Shown piece by piece: positions 1 to 13,310 of a stretch of 64,000 nucleotides of DNA. The translations under genes were made by a program, and so were the position numbers. The notes under the pieces are model-generated. The model searched no databases, had not been told where the DNA came from, and saw only the letters and a list, made by a program, of their open reading frames with translations. How positions within the stretch are numbered: the first letter of the stretch is position 1; the number at the start of each line of letters is the position of its first letter. Origin of the DNA: Eledone cirrhosa (Eukaryota); contig OZ024740.1 in NCBI GenBank assembly GCA_964016885.1, positions 351,726,001 to 351,790,000 of the forward strand, read 5' to 3'.

Positions 1-3000
1 CGCTAGCATGGGTTAGATGGGAGTTGTCCCACTTGAGGCAAGGCTGGTCGGGTGACCGTGTCTCGCTCATATAGGACTATCTGGCAGGTTTTCTACGGCT
101 GGATGCCCTTCCTAACACGAACCACATTTGCAGTGTGGAACTGGGAACTTTTTACCGTGTTACCTACACGACCACATTACAGTGTGGACTGTGTGTTTTT
201 TCTCGTAACACCTACACGATCTCGATCTCGATCTCATTTATCTCATTTATTTGGACTGGATGTTGTGGTACCAACTTTATAGAGAGGGGGTGGTGTTGGT
301 GGGAGTGGGAGGATAGGGTAGGGGTAGTGGATTGGGGTGTATATTTGGTTAAGAGGTGCTTACTGACTGTAGGTTTCGCTTTGTACTTAGGCAAGGTGGG
401 TCTTCTGTATTACTGCGTAGCACCAAAGATCTCGGTCCAGAGACATTGTCTTAGAGAAGTGCAAGTGTGTAAGGTCGGAATTTATCAGATCGTCCCAGGT
501 TTTTCTGGGTCTACCTACTCCGTAACTACCATCAATTTTGATCGCCCTGCACTTTTTTTATACAGCTGTCATCTTTCATGCGCATCACATGACCATACCA
601 ACGTAGTCTTCTCTCAAGTAAACAGCATCTGATCCCTCTTATTCCTAATTTCTCACTTAGTTCATTTATGCTTTGCCGTTCACGTATATTACTATTACAC
701 ATCCAATGGAGCATGCATGCCTTGTTCCTTTCCAGTCTACGCAGGTCCTCTGCACATAATGCCCATGTCTCACTGCCATGTAGCATTGGTGTTCGTATAC
801 AAGCATCATACAATCTGCCTTTCATTTTTAAAGAGAAACCTTTTGTGGCCAACAGCAGTATAAGCTCTCTGAACTTTTTCCATCATGTTCTGACTCTGGC
901 TACTGTACTTTCAGAACACCCTCCACCACTGCTGATTTCATCACCCAGGTAACGGAAAGTGTCTACTATTTCTATGGAACCATCTGGGCAATAGAAGGGG
1001 CTAGTATTCTGTGGACACTTGCTACCTATTGCACCTGAGCATCGGCCACATATAAAGTCTACATTCTTAGATAGTCTACCTGTGATCCCACTACATCTTT
1101 TATGTACCAAACTTTGCATTTGGGACATAAAATTGAATTTCTGCCTACTCCTTTCCTACACACTGAGCAAGGCCATTTCCCTGAGGGTACCTCTGCCTTA
1201 TTTTCCTTTCTACAAACTAGGACTTTAGTCTTAGACAAGTTAACTTTAAGGCCTTTTGATTCTAGGCCATGCTTCCATGTTTGGAATTTCTTCTCTAGTT
1301 CAGCCATTGATTCAGCTATGAGCATTAGATCATCTGCGTATAGGAGTTCCCATGGGCAGCCAGTCTTTAACTCCTCTGTTATAGCCTGCAGGGCAATAAT
1401 AAATAGGAGGGGGCTAAGGACAGAGCCTTGGTGAACACCAACTTTTACACTAAATTCTTCACAATATTCATTGTTAATTCTAACCTTACTGACTGTTTCA
1501 TTATACATAGCTTGTATAGCTCTCACAAGCCATTCATCTACACCTAGTTTTCTAAGAGCCCACCAGATAATCGAGCGGGGTACTCTGTCAAAGGCTTTCT
1601 CCAAGTCAACAAAAGCTAAGTATAGGGGTTTACTTTTAGCCAGTTGTCGTACAATGAAAAGAGCGTCTGTTGTACTTTTACCTGACACAAACCGGAACTG
1701 CATTTCATCTAGATCAATTTGCTCTCTGATCAGTTGCGCTATAACTCTTTCTGTGACCTTCATGAGCTGGTCAACTAACTTAATGCCTCTATAGTTTCCT
1801 CTATCTAGAGCATCTCCTTTACCCTTGTAGCAGTTAATGATGATGCTGCTACGCCAGTCTTTTGGTATGACCCCATTCTGTATTACTTGGTTAACTATAC
1901 GGGTGACCATAGTGTGACCCACCGATCCAGATGCCTTCAACATCTCAGCAACTATCTCCGAAGGCCCAGCTGCCTTGCCTGTCTTCATATCTTTGATTGC
2001 CTTACTTATTATACTACCTTTAACTTGCACCGCAGGTCCTTCTATTGGATCGATTTGGGGCAGACTATCTTTTTCCCACTTATTCTCCTCATTTAATAGT
2101 CTCTCGTAGTGACACTTCCAGGCTATCTTCTTATCAGCATCAGTGAAGGCAAGTACACCGTTATCATTACGGACACACTTCTCCCCGACAATATCACAGT
2201 TTTCCTTGACACATTGTCTAGCAATCCTGAACACCTTGCGTTTTTGGTCCTCACGTTGTAGAACATGCTTGAACTTTCTTTCCTCTGCTTCCCTTTTGCA
2301 AGGTACACTTGTCTCCTAGCTTTTCTCCTGGCCACTTGATAGTGCTCTTTACTTCCCCCATCCTGCCATACTTTCCAAGCCTGCTTTTTGGCCTTGATTG
2401 TCTCTTCTACCTTACTGTTTCACCACCAAGTTACTCTCCTCCTGTCAATAGGTCTGCTCCAGCCACAGATTTCATCCGTTGCTTTCAGCAGGTTCACTTT
2501 CAAGAATTGCCACTGTTCCTCTATATCGCCCGTCCCTAATTGCTCTTCCTTATTGTCAAAGGCATCAAGTAATAAGCTTTTAAATTTGTCACTGGCTATG
2601 GGGTCCTTCAACTTCTATATTCTTTTCCTCAAGGTAGGCCTCCTCTGTTGTCGAGTACGTCTATTCCTGACTGTGAGGTCACTAACTACTAGGCTATGTT
2701 GCATTCTTCATGGGGGAGGGATTTAGTGTTTACAAAAGACTCTTTGTCCCGTCTTCTAGTAAGGATATAATCTATCTGGTTGGCGTGTTCCCCTGATCTA
2801 TAGGTGATCAAGTGGTTTTCACGTTTTTTTGAAGTTTGTGTTACAGATAATTAGGTTATTGGCGTCACAGAATTCCAGGATTCTGAAGCCTTCCTCATTT
2901 CTATTTCCAACCCCATAGCCTCCATGGATTCCATCATAGCCATCACTATGTTGTCCAACGTGGCCGTTTAGATCGCCAGCAATAATTAGGTAGTTGCTGT

Positions 3001-3300
3001 TGGTTATTTGGGAGGTAGTGTGCATTAGCGTCTCATAGAACCTGTCCTTTATAACGTCAAGTAGACCAGATTGGGGTGCATAAGCGAATATTATTGTCAC
3101 AGTAGTTTTATTTAGAACTAGCCTTATTTTAATTATTCTGTCATTTACTCTATTTACGTCGATTACCTTATCTACCCATTTTTCAGCTAACATAATTCCT
3201 ACTCCACCCAGTCCGTTGTCATTTCCCACCCAGAAAAGTTTATAGCATCGTTTTTTTTACCCACGATGAATCTGGCAGACCCCCCTCTCCACCTAGTCTC
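1..3300 (-). mobile_element. RTE-clade LINE, 5'-truncated and frameshifted (APE + RT + PHD-like finger)
   Basis: ORF pieces 2819-3229 (APE: GDLNGHVG), 1059-2234 (RT: DLEKAFD, GVHQG, YADD) and 532-852 (RRLRWYGHV). The 3'UTR runs off the window start. Confidence 0.93.
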
Positions 3301-5202
3301 TAACCCTTTTCCCAATCAAGAGGAGTAAACCTCTGTGATGAGATATGTTGCAATATATCCTCCAGCTCCAAACTTGTTGTTTCAGCTACAAACCAGGGCA
3401 CTGATGTCTACAGTGCAGAGGAGCAGAAGATATCCATATGCCAGGGCACTGATGTCTACAGTGCAGAGGAGCAGAAGATATCCATATGCCAGGGCACTGA
3501 TGTCTACAGTGCAGAGGAGCAGAAGATATCCATATGCCAGGGCACTGATGTCTACAGTGCAGAGGAGCAGAAGATATCCATATGCCAGGGCACTGATGTC
3601 TACAGTGCAGAGGAGCAGAAGATATCCATATGCCAGGGCACTGATGTCTACAGTGCAGAGGAGCAGAAGATATCCATATGCCAGGGCACTGATGTCCACA
3701 GTGCAGAGGAGCAGAAGATATCCATATACCAGGGCACTGATGTCTACAGTGCAGAGGAGCAGGAGATATCCATATGCCAGGGCACTGATGTCCACAGTAC
3801 AGAGGAGCAGAAGATATCCATATGCCAGGGCACTGATGTCTACAGTGCAGAGGAGCAGAAGATATCCATATGCCAGGGCACTGATGTCTACAGTGCAGAG
3901 GAGCAGAAGATATCCATATACCAGGGCACTGATGTCCACAGTGCAGAGGAGCAGAAGATATCCATATGCCAGGGCACTGATGTCTACAGTGCAGAGGAGC
4001 AGGAGATATCCATATGCCAGGGCACTGATGTCTACAGTGCAGAGGAGCAGAAGATATCCATATGCCAGGGCACTGATGTCTACAGTGCAGAGGAGCAGAA
4101 GATATCCATATGCCAGGGCACTGATGTCCACAGTGCAGAGAAGCAGGAGATATCCATATGCCAGGGCACTGATGTCCACAGTGCAGAGGAGCAGGAGATA
4201 TCCATATGCCAGGGCACTGATGTCTACAGTGCAGAGGAGCAGAAGATATCCATATGCCAGGGCACTGATGTCTACAGTGCAGAGGAGCAGAAGATATCCA
4301 TATGCCAGGGCACTGATGTCTACAGTGCAGAGGAACAGGAGATATCCATATGCCAGGGCACTGATGTCCACAGTGCAGAGGAGCAGAAGATATCCATATG
4401 CCAGGGCACTGATGTCTACAGTGCAGAGGAGCAGAAGATATCCATATGCCAGGGCACTGATGTCTACAGTGCAGAGGAGCAGAAGATATCCATATGCCAG
4501 GGCACTGATGTCTACAGTGCAGAGGAGCAGAAGATATCCATATGCCAGGGCACTGATGTCCACAGTGCAGAGAAGCAGGAGATATCCATATGCCAGGGCA
4601 CTGATGTCCACAGTGCAGAGGAGCAGGAGATATCCATATGCCAGGGCACTGATGTCTACAGTGCAGAGGAGCAGAAGATATCCATATGCCAGGGCACTGA
4701 TGTCTACAGTGCAGAGGAGCAGAAGATATCCATATGCCAGGGCACTGATGTCTACAGTGCAGAGGAACAGGAGATATCCATATGCCAGGGCACTGATGTC
4801 CACAGTGCAGAGGAGCAGAAGATATCCATATGCCAGGGCACTGATGTCTACAGTGCAGAGGAGCAGAAGATATCCATATGCCAGGGCACTGATGTCTACA
4901 GTGCAGAGGAGCAGAAGATATCCATATGCCAGGGCACTGATGTCTACAGTGCAGAGGAGCAGAAGATATCCATATGCCAGGGCTTGACCAACCATTTCTT
5001 TTTTATGCCAGTTGTCGTCAAGTTTTCTGGTGTCTTCGGTTCCCAGACTGCCAGTTTCCTCTCCAAAATCATGCGTGCATCCTGCCTGAAGAAAGAGCCC
5101 CATAAGCGGGAATGGCTGAGGCAATGGATGTTGTTAGCTGTTCTCTGCATCAATGCTTTAGTCATCTTGTCTGCAGAAGGTATCAGAGATATATTGCCTT
5201 GA
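3301..5202 (+). mobile_element. Remnant of restriction-like endonuclease C-terminus of a CRE-type non-LTR retrotransposon, interrupted by a minisatellite
   Basis: Flanks read TLFPIKRSKPL**D..CNISSSSKLVVSATNQG[TDVYSAEEQKISICQG]LTNHFFFMPVVVKFSGVFG...EWLRQWMLLAVLCINALVIL. This fits the remembered RLE pattern WD..C..AE..K..KY..L...F.P.A.E..G..G...L.QR.S.AV.R.NA..IL. Confidence 0.65.
3393..4983 (+). repeat. 48-bp minisatellite, 33 copies
   Basis: Unit CCAGGGCACTGATGTCTACAGTGCAGAGGAGCAGAAGATATCCATATG. 1584 bp plus a terminal CCAGGGC, with few substitutions and no spacers. Confidence 0.98.
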
Positions 5203-8202
5203 CAGGGGTGTAGAATCTGCCTCTCCCTTCCCCATTTTTTATTTTTTCTCTCTTGTTTATTATGTGAAATATTTATGTCTGGTGGTAAGGGGGAATCAAC
5301 ATCACCAACACCGCCATCACCATCCACTACAGCAACAAATGGATTACCTGAAGAATTCAGTGAGGGTTGTGAGTAGTAGTAGTAGTAGTAGTAATTGCAG
5401 TGAGGAAGAGGAGGAGGAGGGTGGTGAGGGAGGAAAAGACAGAGACTAAGAGACCAACAGAGTGGCAGTGGAGTAAATATGGTGAGAAGTGTTGTGATGG
5501 GAAGAGATATGAAAAGGACAGAATAACCCCTCTACAAGCACCCCATCATACACATACTTATCAAAGCAAAGAAGCAGGGCAGTTAGGGAGTTTAAAAACG
5601 AGAGAGTTCTATTTTTGGAGAAGGGACAGGGTGGAATAGAAAGGAGGATTATGAACAGATTTAGGAAATAAACAATTTTGGGGTTTGGTCAGCAGAAGAA
5701 CAAACAAGAAATTGTTGAGTAAGCAATATAAATAAATTTCTTGACAAGTGATGTCACACAGACACACACACAGACACACGTTTGGTGGCATTGATGTATC
5801 TGTCTTAAATATATATAAACTTTTACTAGAACACATACACACGTGCTATAAAATACATTGCCATCCATATCACTGCATTACACAGTGGTACAGAAGACCT
5901 CACTTCCCACGAGCACAGGCCAAAGCTGAAGCACATATATACAGTATGTTCCCACCAAACCCCATGCCACCCGCCCACATCTAGGTGTCATGATAAAAAA
6001 GCGCCCAGACCACACTGTAAAGTGGTCGTATAGGTGTTACATCAAAAAGCACCCAGTACTAACTGTAAATGAGGTTGGCGTTAGGAAGGGCATCCAGTTG
6101 TAGAAACCAAGCCAGGATCAGTTCTGTATAGGCAAGATATGGTCACCTGATCTAGCATTGCCTGTTATAATATATGTTAGTGTTTTAATGTGTTTGTCTC
6201 TATGTATGAGTGTGCATGTGTCTGGTAATTTGTGGTTGAGCATGTGTATAGCTGTATATCACATGACATTGTTTTTTTAGTATGTTCCTGTATGTGTATT
6301 ACCAATAAAACATATTTATAAAATTAAGCAAAAAACCAACAAAACCAACAAGAAAACCACTTCAGGGGATTCTCCTTTTGGATTTTTGAAATGTAGTTAG
6401 AGATGAAAAAAAATTATTATCGAATAAATAAAAAAGAGAAAAATTAAAAGCAAATAAAAAATAAATATTAAAAAACAACAACAACAAATCTTGGAACCCA
6501 AACACAAAAACTGATGTTTTTTACCCTCAGAAATAATTGAATATTCAATAAAAATTGCTTTCTATTATTTTTCTTAGTATTATATTTTGGTGTTAGAAAA
6601 AACAAAATGGAACATGGGAGGAAGGAAGGAAGGAAGAAAAAAAGAAAGAAAAAAAGGAATAGGAGGAGGGGAAGGAGGCAGAGAGGTGGAGGAAAAGGAA
6701 GATAGACAAGGAAGGGGAAGAAAAAGAGGTGGTAGAGAAGGAAAGGGGTAGGAAGGGAAGAAAAAGCAGAAGAGAGAAGCAAGAAATAGAAGGAAAAGCA
6801 GCATCATCATCATCATCATAATGAACATCCTCAGGATTAACTGGGGCTAAGATGGAGGAGCATGTATATATGTGTATCATCATCATCATCATCGTTTAAC
6901 GTCCATCTTCCACGCTAGCATGGGTTTGGACAGTAATTGTCCCACTTGAGGCAAGATTGGTTGTCTTACTCGTATAGGACTGTCTGGCAGGTTTTCTACG
7001 GCTGGATGTCCTTCCTAACACCAACCACATTTACAGTGTGGACTGGGAGGTATTTACCGTGTTACCTACACGGCCACATTACAGCATGGACTGTGTGTTT
7101 TTTTTGTCGTGACACCTACACAACCTCATTTATTTAGGACTGGATGTTATGGTACCAACATAACTTTACATCGAAGGGGGGTGATGTGGATAGGGTGGGG
7201 GTAGTGGGACGGGGGTGTATTTTGGTAAGAGGTGCCTACTGACTGTAGGTTTTGCTTTGCACTTAGGCAAGGCGGGTCTTCTGTATTACTGCATAGCGCC
7301 AAAGATCTTGGTCCAGTGACATTGTCTTGGAGGGGTGTAAGTGTGTGAGGTTGGAAATTATCAAGTCGTCCCAGATTTTTCTGGGTCTGCCTACTCCGTG
7401 GCTACCGTCTATTTTGATTGCCCTGCACTTTTTTATACAGCTGTCGTCTTTCATGCGCATCACGTGACCATACCAACGTAGTCTTCTCTCGAGTAAACAG
7501 CATCTGATCCCTCTTATTCCTAATTTCTCACTTAGTTCATTTATGCTTTGCCGTTCACGTATATTACTATTACACATCCAACGGAGCATGCATGCCTTGT
7601 TCCTCTCCAGTCTGCGTAGATCCTCTGCACACAATGCCCAAATCTCACTGCCATGTAACATTACTGTTCGTATATAAGCATCATACAGCCTGCCTTTCAT
7701 TTTTAGAGAGAAACCTTTAGCAGCCAATAGTGGTATAAGCTCTCTGAACTTTTTCCATCCCGTTCTGACTCTAGCCACTGTACTTTCAGAGCACCCTCCA
7801 CCACTGCTGATTTTGTCACCCAGGTAATGGAAGGTGTCCACTATTTCTATAGAACCATCTGTGCAATGGAATGGGCTAGCATTCTGTGGGCACTTTCTGG
7901 TACTTATTGCACCTGAGCACCGGCCACATATAAAATCTATATTCTTAGTTAGCTTACCTGTGATCCCACTACATCTTTTATGCACCCATACTTTGCATTT
8001 GGGACATAAAATGGAGTTTCTGCCTACTCCTTTCCTACACACTGAGCATGGCCATTTCCCAGATGGGACCAGTGACCTATTTTCCTTCCTACATACTAGA
8101 ACTTTAGTCTTAGACAGGTTAATTTTAAGGCCTTTTGATTTTAGGCCATGCTTCCATGTTTGGAATTTCTTCTCTAGTTCAGCCATTGATTCAGCTATAA
8201 TA

Positions 8203-8390
8203 ATAATTGTTTCTACTTTAGGCACAAGGCCAGCAATCAGCCAGTGCATTACTGGTACTTTATTTTATCGACCCCGTAAGGATGAAAGGCAAAGTCAACC
8301 TCGGCGAGACTTGAACTCAGATCGTAAAGGGACGTAACTATGCTGGAAAGCATGGCGTCCGACCCTCTACTGATACTGCCAATCCACCGA
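8203..8390 (-). mobile_element. tRNA-derived SINE with Meta-type central domain (family 2)
   Basis: A/B-box-like head plus AGGTTGACTTTGCCTTTCATCCTTACGGGGTCGATAAAATAAAGTACCA. Inserted in the CR1 (ATT)n tail. Confidence 0.82.
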
Positions 8391-9086
8391 ATAATAATGA
8401 AATATTGTGTACAGTGCTCAGGTGCACTACAATTCATCAAAAAGTGTATGTATAGTACATAGGGTAATGTACAAACGTCAGGAAAATGAACAGTGCATGA
8501 GTCATGATATACACGTGTGCATGTGTATGGAAGGGGTACATCAGGTGTAGTTTTAGCGTATTTTGGGAAGCATGAGGGTTTTAAAGGCTGCAGTGTCTCG
8601 GCAGCTAACAACTGACGCAGCCAGTTTGTTCCATGCTTCAGCAACTCAGCGTTTACGAAAGTCATGGGAGCTGTGCTGTTTTCTGATTTTGTAGGCATGT
8701 CCACGTGTGTTAGACACATGGAGATCAAAAAGGTGCTCAGGGTTGTTGTTGGCGAGATGGTTAATAACTTTGTGGGTATTTACCAAGTCCATTGCCAGAT
8801 GTCGGAGCTTCAATGAATCCATGCCCAGGGAAGCAAGGCGTTCAGAGTATGGTAGGTGTCTGATGGAGGGTATGCGCTTGGTTGCACGTCTCTGAACAGT
8901 TTCCAGGAGGTCAATGTTCGGAGCAAGATAGGGGTTCCAGACTATTGATGCGAATTCCAAGTGTGGTCGTACCCTAGCTGTATACAACTTTAAATAGATG
9001 GCTGGAGAGCGGCTAACAAAGGTCTTGCTGAGTGATGCCAAGACACCCTCGGCCTTCTTGACAATCTTAGAGACATGCTTTGTCCA
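8390..9086 (-). mobile_element. CR1-clade LINE 3' fragment
   Basis: LYTARVRPHLEFASIVWNPY...LETVQRRATKRIP..LPYSERL...TRGHAYK is a typical CR1 ORF2 C-terminus. The 3'UTR ends in an (ATT)n tail. Confidence 0.88.
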
Positions 9087-9802
9087 TAAGCGTTAGATCA
9101 TCAGCATATAGGAGTTCCCATGGGCAGCCGGTCTTGAACTCCTCTGTTATAGCCTGAAGGGCAATAATAAATAGGAGGGGGCTAAGGACGGAGCCCTGAT
9201 GAACACCAACTTTTACGCTAAACTCTTCACTATATTCGTTGTTAATTCTAACCTTGCTGACTGTTTCTTTATACATGGCTTGTATAGCTCTCACAAGCCA
9301 TTCATCAACACCTAGTTTTCTGAGAGCCCACCAGATAATGGGGCGTGGGACTCTGTCAAAGGCTTTCTTCAAGTCAACAAAAGCTAAGTATAGGGGTTTA
9401 CTTTTAGGTAGGTACTTCTCCTGTAGTTGTTGTACAATGAAAAGAGCGTCTGTGGTACTTTTACCTGACACAAACCCGAACTGCATTTCATCCAGATCAA
9501 TTCGCTCTCTGATTAGTTGCGCTATTACTTTTTCTGTGACCTTCATGACCTGGTCAATTAATTTAATGCCTCTATAGTTTCCCCTATCTAGGGCATCTCA
9601 TTTACCCTTGTAGCAGTTAATGATGATGCTGCTATGCCAGTCCTTCGGTACGACCCCATTCTGTATGACTTTGTTTACTATCCGGGTGACCATAGTGTCT
9701 CCCACCGTTCCAGATGCTTTCAGCATTTCAGCAACTATTTCCGAAGGCCCAGCCGCCTTGCCCGTCTTCATATCTTCATATGTATAAATATATAGATAAA
9801 TA

Positions 9803-10226
9803 TAATTGTTTATACTTTTGGCACAAGGCCAGCAATTATACCAGTGTATTACTGGTACTTTATTTTATCGAACCCATAAGGATGAAAGGCAAAGTTAACC
9901 TCGACGGGATTTGAACTCAGACAATAAAGGGCCATAACTCTTTGCTGCAAAGCATGGCATCTGACCCTCTACCGATACTGCCAATCCACCGCCCCTATAT
10001 ATATATATATTATTATATTTATATATATATATGGGAGCGGTGGATTGGCAGTATTGGTAGAGGGTCAGATGCCATGCTTTCCAGCAAAGAGTTACGGCCC
10101 TTTATGGTCTGAGTTCAAATCCCGTCGAGGTTAACTTTGCCTTTCATCCTTATGGGTTCGATAAAATAAAGTACCAGTAATACACTGGGATAATTGTTGG
10201 CCTTGTGCCAAAAGTAGAAACAATTA
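9803..10226. mobile_element. Two family-2 SINE copies, head-to-head around an (AT)n tract
   Basis: 9803-9993 (-) and 10033-10226 (+) are near-identical inverted copies. Confidence 0.88.
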
Positions 10227-10834
10227 TACTTATATATATATTTATATATAAATATAATAATATATATATATATATACACATATATATGTGTGTGTGAGTG
10301 TGTATGTATATATATATCATAAACGTCACCATTTAACATCTATTTTCCATGCTTGCATGGGTTAAACAAGTGGTCATATTTTGAGGCTAGATAAGTCAGG
10401 TGGCCATGCCCTGCTTGTACATTCCATTGTGAGTTTGGTTTCTACAGCTGGATGCCCTTCCTTATGTCAACCACTTTACAGCATGTACTGGGAGATATGG
10501 CCTTTGCAACTGGATACCATTCTTAACACCAACCATTTTACAGCATGTACTATGGTCACTTTATTGTGACTCCAGCATTTACAGAGTAGACTGGGTACTT
10601 TTGTCTTGGCACCAGTGCTACCACCTTTTCGTGCAGATGGGTGCCTTTCTACCTGGCACCAGCACTACCACTTTACAGAGTGAACTTAGTACATTTTTAT
10701 CATGCCACTGGGGAGACATTGACAGGAGTGGAGGCACACATGCCTCCATGGGAGAGGAAGATTCAGGGCGTGGGGGTGGCCTTGAAGAGAGTGAGTTGCA
10801 TTTGGTGGTATTTTGGGAGGGGAGCACAATATGT

Positions 10835-10955
10835 ATGTCTAGGGCGAGTAAAATTCCTGAGATCCATGAGCGAGTTCTCTCCAGCAGTCTCTATCCCTCA
10901 TCATCGCTGCCATTTCCTGCATCTCCAAGAGACCAGTGTCTGTCCTTCGGGCATC
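10835..10955 (-). mobile_element. 3' end of a different RTE-like LINE family with no 3'UTR
   Basis: Reads TDTGLLEMQEMAAMMRDRDCWRELAHGSQEFYSP* then CATA repeats. A homologous copy at 36541-36630 (+) reads MAAIMRDRDRWRELVHGSREFYPP*(GATA)n. Confidence 0.6.
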
Positions 10956-10967
10956 AACATATGTATG

Positions 10968-10999
<32 letters not shown>

Positions 11000-11309
11000 C
11001 ACACACATATATATGAAGACATATCTATATATACTAGGACAGGTTGTAGCATACATCCAGGGAAGCCTCCAGTCCACACTCTAAAGTGCTCGTGATGGCA
11101 ACATGGCAAAAAAGCACCCAGCCCACACTGTAAAGTGGTCGCGTAGGAGTCATGACAACAAGCACCCAACAAACACTGTAAATGTGGTTGGCGTTAGGAA
11201 GGGCATCCAGCCATAGAAACCAAGCCAGAAACACTTGACCCAACTAGTCTAACTATGCTAGTATGGAAAAATGGACATTAAATGATGATGATGACATGAT
11301 GATGATGAT

Positions 11310-11345
<36 letters not shown>

Positions 11346-11620
11346 ACAAATTGATAAGTAAAGCACAAAAGGATGACTGAATGCTACTGTATGAGTAACA
11401 TAAGTCTTGTTGAAAAGGGATCCAAGTGTAACATAAAACAGATCAAATATATAATATATAGATTACATACAAGAATAACTATATCCATGATAATCATTTT
11501 TAGTCTTGACATTTCTAGCGAGAATACACAACAAAGATGATAATAGAAAGCTGTTTATTTGAAGAAAACACTAGTTTATACTTAATTCTGTAGAACTATG
11601 TTTACAACAAGCCATCTCAC

Positions 11621-11690
11621 CTGTTTGCTACACTTCCTCGCCTGACATCTGTGATTATTAATGGATCGGTAGGTTTACGATTGTTTGGTG
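11621..11690 (-). CDS. GRIP1: GRIP-like exon (PDZ5, continued)
   Basis: tttatag| ... |gtgaga. Encodes APNNRKPTDPLIITDVRRGSVANR, resembling GRIP1 [20 protein letters not shown]. 70 nt. No next exon was found in 1-11620, so the gene continues past the window. Confidence 0.92.
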
Positions 11691-13039
11691 CTATAAATTG
11701 AAGAAAAGAGGGAATAGATAAAAAGTTAATCATTTCAGTGAAGAGAGAGAAAATGAACAATATTCTTTTATTCTTTTACCGACTTCAGTGATTAGACACA
11801 GCCATGCTGGGACACTACCTCAAAGGGATGTAGTCCCATCTATACCAGAACTTATTTTCTTTAAGTCTGGTATCTATTTTATTAATCTATTTTTGTCGAA
11901 TTGCTAAGTCATAGGACATACACACATAAATGTAAACACAGAGACAGAGACATACACACCACACACACACGTTAGTGTGTGTAACGCTATATGTATCTGG
12001 TTTAGAATAGGGTTACAATATCTCTGTATGTTGTAAGAAGTAACTAAAAGGTTGGTGTTAGGAAGGGTATCTGTCTGTAAAACATTGCCTCAGAAAGTTC
12101 CGTTAAAGCTGTGCCAGCATGGAAAAGTTAATGTAAAATGATGATGGCTACAGTAGAAGACACTTGTCCAGGGTGGTAGTGTGGATGGTAGTGTGGATGG
12201 GAGTTGTGGTGGTGGTTGTTGTCACAGTGTTTGTGATGGTAGTGATGATGCTTATGCTAGTGGTGATGCTGATGGTAATGGTGTTGTTTGTGGTGGTGGT
12301 GGTGGTGATGATTTTTCTTTGTTTATTGCTGATATAAATTCAAGCTGTTGAAAACCTGTATAAAATAGGAAAGGTCTTAATGTTCCAAACATGTTTTTTA
12401 TTCTATAATAGCCCGAGGAGGAAACAACAATTTCAGTGAAGTAATTGGTAAATTACAAGGAATTATGTCTGAAGAAGTCAGTGAAAGGTAGCTTGAAGGT
12501 AAACCTGGTCTATTTATTTCTTTATCTATTATTGAAGAAGCTGGAATGGCAGATAATGCTGCTTGCCAAATAAAATGTCTTACACAATTTAGTCTCGTCC
12601 TGCTTACATTCTAAATGTGCATGGATGTGTGATTTAACCGTTTCATTACCATATTCCTAATAGAAGACACTTCCTATTATTTTCAGATCATTTTGAAATT
12701 AATCAATAATTTGCTGATATTTAATAATGTAACTAATTTTCTTATTATTGGGATTGTGTTTGGAGCATAGCTTAACAAAGGTTTTTGCATAAAATTATGA
12801 TGGATGATTTTTAGATAAATAAAAGGTTTTTAACTCCTGATGGAGTTGAAAGGGTGATGTCCTGAAAGACAGGGCATCTGTAGAATGTTAAATCTGATGG
12901 AGTCCATCCTTAATCAGGTCAGAATACAGCTGATTTGAGAGAGAAACAAGATTCAGTCCAAGTATTGGACTAATACTTGATTTATTGAATTCAAAAGGAT
13001 GAAAGGCAAAGTTCATCTCAGCAGGATTTGAACTCAGTG

Positions 13040-13310
13040 AAAAGTCTGTCTTAAGCCAGAAGGTTCGTTAAGCTGGTGCTTATCCCGGTTTCATGGCGTG
13101 AAGCAACTGAGAGTACAAGACTCCTCCCTGGATAGGACGCCAGTCCATTGCATGGTTAAACCCCCAGCTATTGCTGGTATTCATTTTCAGCTCAGCAATG
13201 TGAAATGAAATGTTTTGCTCTAGAACACAACACACAACCCAGCCCAGAAATCAAACCCATGACATTAAGTTCGTAACTCCAATACCCTTAACACTAGGCT
13301 ACATGCATCC
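13040..13310 (-). mobile_element. Older tRNA/CORE-type SINE
   Basis: Reverse complement shows a tRNA-like head, a CORE-like tctagagcaaaacatttcatttcacattgct segment and a tail with gactggcgtcctatccaggg. Confidence 0.55.

Larger units (their letters stand above)
6875..9778 (-). mobile_element. RTE-clade LINE, 5'-truncated, split at 8198-9087 by a nested CR1 and SINE
   Basis: ORFs 9067-9546 (RT up to YADDLTL) and 7263-8197 (IAESMAEL...QKTRLA) are contiguous in intact copies. (ATG)n tail at about 6875-6892. Confidence 0.93.

Noticed and set aside
3393-4983. CRISPR array
   Set aside because: Head-to-tail repeats with no unique spacers, no cas genes, in a eukaryotic intron.
3335-5124. 550-aa (+) and 580-aa (-) repetitive ORFs as real proteins
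   Set aside because: They are by-products of a 48-bp unit that is stop-free in several frames. The informative frame is a third one matching a retrotransposon remnant.
6468-6892. Hydrophobic F/L/P-rich ORFs
   Set aside because: Translation of a purine-rich low-complexity tract.
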